Below, in pieces: positions 55,001-64,000 of a stretch of 64,000 bases of DNA; position 1 is the stretch's first letter, and every line of letters starts with the position of its first letter. The DNA comes from Eledone cirrhosa. Its lineage: Eukaryota. Location: contig OZ024742.1 of the NCBI GenBank assembly GCA_964016885.1, forward strand, positions 367,598,001 through 367,662,000, written 5' to 3'. Both the position numbers and the translations under genes were made by a program. Below the pieces are notes generated by a model that had not been told where the DNA came from, did no database searches, and was given only the letters and a program-made list of their open reading frames with translations.

Positions 55001-56830
55001 ATTTGGTGATCACTAATGGTCGAATGTTCGATTGGGAAACCAGCTGGTTTTATCTGGTGCTGTATCATTTGGTGATCACTCATGGTCGAATGTTCGATTG
55101 GGAAACCAGCTGGTTTTATCTGGTCCTGTATCATTTGGTGATCACTATTGGTCGAATGTTCGATTGGGAAACAAGCTGGTTTTATCTGGTCCTGTATCAT
55201 TTGGTGATCACTCATGGTCGAATGTTCGGTTGGAAAACCAGCTGGTTTTATCTGGTCCTGTATCATTTGGTGATCACTCATGGTGGAATGTTCGATTGGA
55301 AAACCAGCTGGTTTTATCTGGTCCTGTATCATTTGGTGATCACTCATGGTCGAATGTTCGATTGGGAAACCAGCTGATTTTATCTGGTCCTGTATCATTT
55401 GGTGATCACTCATGGTCGAATGTTCGATTGCGAAACCAGCTGGTTTTATCTGGTCCTGTATCATTTGGTGATCACTCATGGTCGAATGTTCGATTGCGAA
55501 ACCAGCTGGTTTTATCTGGTCCTGTATCATTTGGTGATCACTCATGGTCGAATGTTCGATTGGGAAACCAGCTGGTTTTATCTGGTCCTGTATCATTTGG
55601 TGATCAATCATGGTCGAATGTTCGATTGGGAAACCAGCTGGTTTTATCTGGTCCTGTATCATTTGGTGATCACTCATGGTCGAATGTTCGATTGGCATAC
55701 TAGCTGGTTTTATCTGGTCCTGTATCATTTGGTGATCACTCATGGTCGAATGTTCGATTGGAAAACCAGCTGGTTTTATCTGGTCCTGTATCATTTGGTG
55801 ATCAAGAATGGACGAATGTTCGATTGGGAAACCAGCTGGTTTTATCTGGTCCTGTATCATTTGGTGATCACTCATGGTCGAATGTTCGATTGGGAAACCA
55901 GCTGGTTCTATCTGGTCCTGTATCATTTGGTGATCACTCATGGTCGAATGTTCGAATGGGAAACCAGCTGGTTTTATCTGGTCCGGTATCATTTGGTGAT
56001 CACTCATGGTCGAATGTTCGATTGGGAAACCAGCTGGTTTTATCGTTTTCTGTATCATTTGGTGATCACTAATGGTCGAATGTTCGATTGGGAAACCAGC
56101 TGGTTTTATCTGGTCCTGTATCGTTTGGTGATCACTCATGGTCGAATGTTCGATTGGAAAACCAGCTGGTTTTATCTGGTCCTGTATCATTTGGTGATCG
56201 CTCATGGTCGAATGTTCGATTGGAAAACCAGCTGGTTTTATCTGGTCCTGTATCATTTGGTGATCAGTATTGGTCGAATGTTCGATTGGGAAACCAGCTG
56301 GTTTTATCTGGTCCTGAGTTATTTGGTGATCACTCATGGTCGAATGTTCGATTGGGAAACCAGCTGGTTGTATCTGGGCCTGTGTCATTTGGTGATCACT
56401 AATGGTCGAATGTTCGATTGGGAAACAAGCTGGTTTTATCTGGTCCTGTATCATTTGGTGATCACTCATGGTCGAATGTTCGATTGGGAAACCAGCTGGT
56501 TTTATCTGGTCCTGAATCATTTGGTGATCACTAATGGTCGAATGTTCGATTGGGAAACCAGCTGGTTTTATCTGGTGCTGTATCATTTGGTGATCACTCA
56601 TGGTCGAATGTTTGATTGGGAAACCAGCTGGTTTTATCTGGTCCTGTATCATTTGGTGATCACTATTGGTCGAATGTTCGATTGGGAAACAAGCTGGTTT
56701 TATCTGGTCCTGTATCATTTGGTGATCACTCATGGTCGAATGTTCGGTTGGAAAACCAGCTGGTTTTATCTGGTCCTGTATCATTTGGTGATCACTCATG
56801 GTGGAATGTTCGATTGGGAAACCAGCTGGT
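52090..56830. repeat. Four related units with ~19-23 monomer periodicity
   Basis: GGGCCTGTG is at 52218, 53472, 54858 and 56376 (offsets 1254, 1386, 1518 = 19, 21, 23 monomers). ORF pairs 52392/53646 and 54504/55758 are offset 1254. Confidence 0.82.
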
Positions 56831-58249
56831 TTTATCTGGTCCTGTATCATTTGGTGATCACTCATGGTCGAATGTTCGATTGGGAAACCAGCTGGTTTTA
56901 TCTGGTCCTGTATCATTTGGTGATCACTCATGGTCGAATGTTCGATTGGAAAACCAGCTGGTTTTATCTGGTCCTGTATCATTTGGTGATCACTCATGGT
57001 CGAATGTTCGATTGGGAAACCAGCTGGTTTTATCTGGTCCTGTATCATTTGGTGATCACTCATTGATCGAATGTTCGATTGGGAAACCAGCTGGTTTTAT
57101 CTGGTCCTGTATCATTTGGTGATCACTCATGGTCGAATGTTCGATTGTGAAACCAGCTGGTTTTATCTGGTCCTGTATCATTTGGTGATCACTCATGGTC
57201 GAATGTTCGATTGCGAAACTAGCTGGTTTTATCTGGTCCTGTATCATTTTGTGATCACTCATGGTCGAATGTTCGATTGGGAAACCAGCTGGTTTTATCT
57301 GGTCCTGTGTCATTTGGTGATCACTAATGGTCGAATGTTCGATTGGGAAATCAGCTGGTTTTATCTGATCCTGTGTCATTTGGTGATCACTAATGGTCGA
57401 ATGTTCGATTGGGAAACCAGCTCGTTTTATCTGGTCCTGTGTCATTTGGTGATCACTAATGGTCGAATGTTCGATTGGGAAACCAGCTGGTTTTATCTGG
57501 TCCTGTGTCATTTGGTGATCACTAATGGTCGAATGTTCGATTGGGAAACTAGCTGGTTTTATCTGGTCCTGTATCATTTGGTGATCACTCATGGTCGAAT
57601 GTTCGATTGGGAAACCAGCTGGTTTTATCTGGTCCTGTATCATTTTGTGATCACTAATGGTCGAATGTTTGATTGGGAAACTAGCTGGTTTTATCTGGTC
57701 CTGTATCATTTGGTGATCCCTCATGGTCGAATGTTCGATTGGAAAACCAGCTGGTTTTATCTGGTCCTGTATCATTTGGTGATCACTCATGGTCGAATGT
57801 TCGATTGGGAAACCAGCTGGTTTTATCTGGTCCTGTATCATTTGGTGATCACTCATGGTCGAATGTTCGATTGGGAAACCAGCTGGTTTTATCTGGTCCT
57901 GTATCATTTGGTGAGCACTATTGGTCGAATGTTCGATTGGAAAACCAGCTGGTTTTATCTGGTCCTGTATCATTTGGTGATCACTCATGGTCGAATGTTC
58001 GATTGGGAAACCAGCTGGTTTTATCTGGTCCTGTATCATTTGGTGATCACTCATGGTCGAATGTTTGATTGGGAAATCAGCTGGTTTTATCTGGTCCTGT
58101 GTCATTTGGTGATCACTAATGATCGAATGTTCGATTGGGAAACCAGCTGGTTTTATCTGGTCCTGTATCATTTGGTGATCACTCAAGGTCGAATGTTCGA
58201 TTGGGAAACCAGCTGGTTTTATCTGGTCCTGTATCATTTGGTGATCACT

Positions 58250-61200
58250 CATGGTCGAATGTTCGATTGGAAACCAGCTGGTTTTATCTGGTCCTGTATC
58301 ATTTGGTGATCAAGAATGGACGAATGTTCGATTGGGAAACCAGCTGGTTTTATCTGGTCCTGTATCATTTGGTGATCACTCATGGTCGAATGTTCGATTG
58401 GGAAACCAGCTGGTTCTATCTGGTCCTGTATCATTTGGTGATCACTCATGGTCGAATTTTCGAATGGGAAACCAGCTGGTTTTATCTGGTCCAGTATCAT
58501 TTGGTGATCACTCATGGTCGAATGTTTGATTGGAAACCAGCTGGTTTTATCTGGTCCTGTATCATTTGGTGATCAAGAATGGACGAATGTTCGATTGGGA
58601 AACCAGCTGGTTTTATCTGGTCCTGTATCATTTGGTGATCACTCATGGTCGAATGTTCGATTGGGAAACCAGCTGGTTCTATCTGGTCCTGTATCATTTG
58701 GTGATCACTCATGGTCGAATTTTCGAATGGGAAACCAGCTGGTTTTATCTGGTCCAGTATCATTTGGTGATCACTCATGGTCGAATGTTTGATTGGGAAA
58801 TCAGCTGGTTTTATCTGGTCCTGTGTCATTTGGTGATCACTAATGATCGAATGTTCGATTGGGAAACCAGCTCGTTTTATCTGGTCCTGTGTCATTTGGT
58901 GATCACTAATGGTCGAATGTTCGATTGGGAAACTAGCTGGTTTTATCTGGTCCTGTATCATTTGGTGATCACTCATGGTCGAATGTTCTATTGGGAAACC
59001 AGCTGGTTTTATCTGGTCCTGTATCATTTTGTTATCACTAATGGTCGAATGTTTGATTGGGAAACTAGCTGGTTTTATCTGGTCCTGTATCATTTGATGA
59101 TCCCTCATGGTCGAATGTTCGATTGGAAAACCAGCTGGTTTTATCTGGTCCTGTATCATTTGGTGATCACTCATGGTCGAATGTTTGATGGGGAAACCAG
59201 CTGGTTTTATCTGGTACTGTATCATTTGGTGATCACTCATGGTCGAATGTTCGATTGGGAAACCAGCTGGTTTTATCTGGTCCTGTATCATTTGGTGATC
59301 ACTCATGGTCGAATGTTCGATTGGGAAACCAGCTGGTTTTATCTGGTCCTGTATCATTTGGTGAGCACTATTGGTCGAATGTTCGATTGGAAAACCAGCT
59401 GGTTTTATCTGGTCCTGTATCATTTGGTGATCACTCATGGTCGAATGTTCGATTGGGAAACCAGCTGGTTTTATCTGGTCCTGTATCATTTGGTGATCAC
59501 TCATGGTCGAATGTTCGATTGGGAAACCAGCTGTTTTTATCTGGTCCTGTATCATTTGGTGATCACTCAAGGTCGAATGTTCGATTGGGAAACCAGCTGG
59601 TTTTATCTGGTCCTGTATCATTTGGTGATCACTCATGGTCGAATGTTCGATTGGCAAACCAGCTGGTTTTATCTGGTCCTGTATCATTTGGTGATCAAGA
59701 ATGGACGAATGTTCGATTGGGAAACCAGCTAGTTTTATCTGCTCCTGTATCATTTGGTGATCACTAATGGTCGAATGTTCGATTGGGAAACTAGCTGGTT
59801 TTATCTGGTCCTGTATCATTTGGTGATCTCTCATGGTCGAATGTTCGATTGGGAAACCAGCTGGTTCTATCTGGTCCTGTATCATTTTGTGATCACTAAT
59901 GGTCGAATGTTTGATTTGGAAACTAGCTGGTTTTATCTGGTCCTGTATCATTTGGTGATCCCTCATGGTCGAATGTTCGATTGGAAAACCAGCTGGTTTT
60001 ATCTGGTCCTGTATCATTTGGTGATCACTCATGGACGAATGTTCGATTGGGAAACCAGCTGGTTTTATCTGGTCCTGTATCATTTGGTGATCACTCATGG
60101 TCGAATGTTCGATGGGGAAACCAGCTGGTTTTATCTGGTACTGTATCATTTGTTGATCACTCATGGTCGAATGTTCGATTGGGAAACCAGCTGGTTTTAT
60201 CTGGTCCTGTATCATTTGGTGATCACTCATGGTCGAATGTTCGATTGGGAAACCAGCTGGTTTTATCTGGTCATGTATCATTTGGTGAGCACTATTGGTC
60301 GAATGTTCGATTGGAAAACCAGCTGGTTTTATCTGGTCCTGTATCATTTGGTGATCACTCATGGTCGAATGTTCGATTGGGAAACCAGCTGGTTTTATCT
60401 GGTCCTGTATCATTTGGTGATCACTCATGGTCGAATGTTCGATTGGGAAACCAGCTGGTTTTATCTGGTCCTGTATCATTTGGTGATCACTCAAGTTCGA
60501 ATGTTCGATTGGGAAACCAGCTGGTTTTATCTGGTCCTGTATCATTTGGTGATCACTCATGGTCGAATGTTCGATTGGAAACCAGCTGGTTTTATCTGGT
60601 CCTGTATCATTTGGTGATCAAGAATGGACGAATGTTCGATTGGGAAACCAACTGGTTTTATCTGGTCCTGTATCATTTGGTGATCACTCATGGTCGAATG
60701 TTCGATTGGGAAACCAGCTGGTTCTATCTGGTCCTGTATCATTTGGTGATCACTCATGGTCGAATTTTCGAGTGGGAAACCAGCTGGTTTTATCTGGTCC
60801 AGTATCATTTGGTGATCACTCATGGTCGAATGTTTGATTGGGAAATCAGCTGGCTTTATCTGGTCCTGTGTCATTTGGTGATCACTAATGGTCGAATGTT
60901 CGATTGGGAAACCAGCTGGTTTTATCTGGTCCTGTGTCATTTGGTGATCACTAATGGTCGAATGTTTGATTGGGAAACTAGCTGGTTTTATCTGGTCCTG
61001 TATCATTTGGTGATCCCTCATTGTCGAATGTTCGATTGGAAAACCAGCTGGTTTTATCTGGTCCTGTATCATTTGGTGATCACTCATGGACGAATGTTCG
61101 ATTGGGAAACCAGCTGGTTTTATCTGGTCCTGTATCATTTGGTAATCACTCATGGTCGAATGTTCGATGGGGAAACCAGCTGGTTTTATCTGGTACTGTA

Positions 61201-64000
61201 TCATTTGGTGATCACTCATGGTCGAATGTTCGATTGGGAAACCAGCTGGTTTTATCTGGTCCTGTATCATTTGGTGATCACTCATGGTCGAATGTTCGAT
61301 TGGGAAACCAGCTGGTTTTATCTGGTCCTGTATCATTTGGTGAGCACTATTGGTCGAATGTTCGATTGGAAAACCAGCTGGTTTTATCTGGTCCTGTATC
61401 ATTTGGTGATCACTCATGGTCGAATGTTCGATTGGGAAACCAGCTGGTTTTATCTGGTCCTGTATCATTTGGTGATCACTCATGGTCGAATGTTCGATTG
61501 GGAAACCAGCTGTTTTTATCTGGTCCTGTATCATTTGGTGATCACTCAAGTTCGAATGTTCGATTGGGAAACCAGCTGGTTTTATCTGGTCCTGTATCAT
61601 TTGGTGATCACTCATGGTCGAATGTTCGATTGGCAAACCAGCTGGTTTTATCTGGTCCTGTATCATTTGGTGATCAAGAATGGACGAATGTTCGATTGGG
61701 AAACCAGCTAGTTTTATCTGCTCCTGTATCATTTGGTGATCACTCATGGTCGAATGTTCGATTGGGAAACCAGCTGGTTCTATCTGGTCCTGTATCATTT
61801 GGTGATCACTCATGGTCGAATGTTCGAATGGGAAACCAGCTGGTTTTATCTGGTCCAGTATCATTTGGTGATCACTCATGGTCGAATGTTCGATTGGGAA
61901 ACCAGCTGGTTTTATCGTTTTCTGTATCATTTGGTGATCACTAATGGTCGAATGTTCGATTGGGAAACCAGCTGGTTTTATCTGGTCCTGTATCATTTGG
62001 TGATCACTCATGGTCGAATGTTCGATTGGAAACCAGCTGGTTTTATCTGGTCCTGTATCATTTGGTGATCAAGAATGGACGAATGTTCGATTGGGAAACC
62101 AGCTGGTTTTATCTGGTCCTGTATCATTTGGTGATCACTCATGGTCGAATGTTCGATTGGGAAACCAGCTGGTTCTATCTGGTCCTGTATCATTTGGTGA
62201 TCACTCATGGTCGAATTTTAGAATGGGAAACCAGCTGGTTTTATCTGGTCCAGTATCATTTGGTGATCACTCATGGTCGAATGTTTGATTGGAAACCAGC
62301 TGGTTTTATCTGGTCCTGTATCATTTGGTGATCAAGAATGGACGAATGTTCGATTGGGAAACCAGCTGGTTTTATCTGGTCCTGTATCATTTGGTGATCA
62401 CTCATGGTCGAATGTTCGATTGGGAAACCAGCTGGTTCTATCTGGTCCTGTATCATTTGGTGATCACTCATGGTCGAATTTTCGAATGGGAAACCAGCTG
62501 GTTTTATCTGGTCCAGTATCATTTGGTGATCACTCATGGTCGAATGTTTGATTGGGAAATCAGCTGGTTTTATCTGGTCCTGTGTCATTTGGTGATCACT
62601 AATGGTCGAATGTTCGATTGGGAAACCAGCTCGTTTTATCTGGTCCTGTGTCATTTGGTGATCACTAATGGTCGAATGTTCGATTGGGAAACTAGCTGGT
62701 TTTATCTGGTCCTGTATCATTTGGTGATCACTCATGGTCGAATGTTCTATTGGGAAACCAGCTGGTTTTATCTGGTCCTGTATCATTTTGTTATCACTAA
62801 TGGTCGAATGTTTGATTGGGAAACTAGCTGGTTTTATCTGGTCCTGTATCATTTGATGATCCCTCATGGTCGAATGTTCGATTGGAAAACCAGCTGGTTT
62901 TATCTGGTCCTGTATCATTTGGTGATCACTCATGGACGAATGTTCGATTGGGAAACCAGCTGGTTTTATCTGGTCCTGTATCATTTGGTGATCACTCATG
63001 GTCGAATGTTCGATGGGGAAACCAGCTGGTTTTATCTGGTACTGTATCATTTGGTGATCACTCATGGTCGAATGTTCGATTGGGAAACCAGCTGGTTTTA
63101 TCTGGTCCTGTATCATTTGGTGATCACTCATGGTCGAATGTTCGATTGGGAAACCAGCTGGTTTTATCTGGTCCTGTATCATTTGGTGAGCACTATTGGT
63201 CGAATGTTCGATTGGAAAACCAGCTGGTTTTATCTGGTCCTGTATCATTTGGTGATCACTCATGGTCGAATGTTCGATTGGGAAACCAGCTGGTTTTATC
63301 TGGTCCTGTATCATTTGGTGATCACTCATGGTCGAATGTTCGATTGGGAAACCAGCTGTTTTTATCTGGTCCTGTATCATTTGGTGATCACTCAAGGTCG
63401 AATGTTCGATTGGGAAACCAGCTGGTTTTATCTGGTCCTGTATCATTTGGTGATCACTCATGGTCGAATGTTCGATTGGCAAACCAGTTGGTTTTATCTG
63501 GTCCTGTATCATTTGGTGATCAAGAATGGACGAATGTTCGATTGGGAAACCAGCTAGTTTTATCTGCTCCTGTATCATTTGGTGATCACTAATGGTCGAA
63601 TGTTCGATTGGGAAACTAGCTGGTTTTATCTGGTCCTGTATCATTTGGTGATCTCTCATGGTCGAATGTTCGATTGGGAAACCAGCTGGTTCTATCTGGT
63701 CCTGTATCATTTTGTGATCACTAATGGTCGAATGTTTGATTTGGAAACTAGCTGGTTTTATCTGGTCCTGTATCATTTGGTGATCCCTCATGGTCGAATG
63801 TTCGATTGGAAAACCAGCTGGTTTTATCTGGTCCTGTATCATTTGGTGATCACTCATGGACGAATGTTCGATTGGGAAACTAGCTGGTTTTATCTGGTCC
63901 TGTATCATTTGGTGATCACTCATGGTCGAATGTTCGATGGGGAAACCAGCTGGTTTTATCTGGTACTGTATCATTTGGTGATCACTCATGGTCGAATGTT
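58250..64000. repeat. Higher-order repeat, offset 3759-3825 bp (57-58 monomers minus 3 bp), with an internal 263-bp (4-monomer) duplication
   Basis: ORF pairs 58251/62010 and 58514/62273 are offset 3759, and ends 59767/63592 are offset 3825. The G-deletion allele is at 58269, 58532, 60577, 62028 and 62291 (58269 to 58532 and 62028 to 62291 are each 263). Confidence 0.87.

Larger units (their letters stand above)
1..64000. repeat. 66-bp tandem satellite array, ~970 monomers, single orientation, truncated by both window edges
   Basis: The unit GGGAAACCAGCTGGTTTTATCTGGTCCTGTATCATTTGGTGATCACTCATGGTCGAATGTTCGATT recurs every 66 bp from start to end. The first full monomer starts at 61 and the last start is at 63940. 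The difference 63879 = 968x66 - 9 matches the net of the indels I found (11 deletions, 2 insertions). Most monomers differ from consensus at only a few positions. All ORFs show 22-aa periodicity. Confidence 0.99.
51970..64000. repeat. Distinct sub-array (variant subfamily) of the same 66-bp satellite
   Basis: Variants seen only from ~52 kb onward: GATCAAGAATGGACG, TATCGTTTTCTG, GATCAGTATT, TTGCGAAA, GGCATACTAG, AAACAAGC, TTCGAATGGG and the TTGGAAACC 1-bp deletion. Common central markers (AAACGAG, TATAAC, CAGCGTG, TTGCTAAAC, TCAATTGG, CGAACG) are no longer seen. Confidence 0.85.

Noticed and set aside
53509-57063. 1184-aa - strand ORF (MSDHQMIQDQIKPAGFPIEHST repeats) as an adhesin, mucin or other repeat protein
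   Set aside because: It is bounded by a point-mutation stop and a 1-bp insertion within otherwise continuous array. I see no signal peptide, anchor or recognisable domain, and the same frame is repeatedly broken elsewhere.
1-64000. CRISPR array (the 66-bp period and palindromic segments resemble a repeat+spacer unit)
   Set aside because: There are no unique spacers: all 66 positions are conserved between units. No leader or cas gene is present in the window.
1-64000. Tandem tRNA, 5S, spliced-leader or other small RNA gene array
   Set aside because: I see no cloverleaf, convincing A/B box pair or recognisable RNA family, and there is no spacer. The dyads are local and loopless or nearly so.
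1-64000. Technical artefact (rolling-circle concatemer, collapsed repeat or synthetic construct)
   Set aside because: Variants form hierarchical, position-specific, inherited patterns with shared rare indels, which random error or a single circular template would not give. Individual large duplications still need read-level validation.
1-64000. Telomeric repeat, G-quadruplex array or CENP-B box
   Set aside because: There is only one GGG run per monomer and no short telomeric unit. The TTCG is not followed by the A..CGGG of the CENP-B box consensus.
1-64000. Hidden unique insert, transposon fragment or inverted segment
   Set aside because: The end-to-end register is fully accounted for by 968 monomers and 13 one-base indels, and the same peptide repeats stay on the same strands throughout the ORF track.

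Overview
The whole 64 kb window is one uninterrupted, head-to-tail, single-orientation tandem array (satellite DNA) of a 66-bp monomer. Consensus: GGGAAACCAGCTGGTTTTATCTGGTCCTGTATCATTTGGTGATCACTCATGGTCGAATGTTCGATT (29/66 GC; an exact copy is at 259-324). There are 968 monomers between 61 and 63939 plus a partial one at each end, and the array runs off both window edges. I found no unique sequence, credible gene, RNA gene, transposon or CRISPR spacer. Every ORF in the track is a by-product of a monomer whose length is a multiple of 3 and that is stop-free in three of six frames. The informative structure lies in the variants. (i) There are nested higher-order duplications of irregular size (3 to 62 monomers) plus one ~8.6 kb block repeated ~16.1 kb away. 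(ii) The variant repertoire changes at ~52 kb, and some variants are shared by the two ends of the window but not the middle, which suggests layered expansion. (iii) There are only 13 one-base indels, from 5 events. (iv) The monomer carries three dyad symmetries and several eukaryotic TF-like motifs (CP2/LSF CTGG-N6-CTGG, E-box, two-pentamer HSE). I do not recognise the satellite family or the organism. A eukaryotic (peri)centromeric or heterochromatic origin is an inference, and I cannot support a new protein-coding system here. Block boundaries were read by eye and are approximate to one or two monomers; the offsets between marker variants were counted from coordinates.
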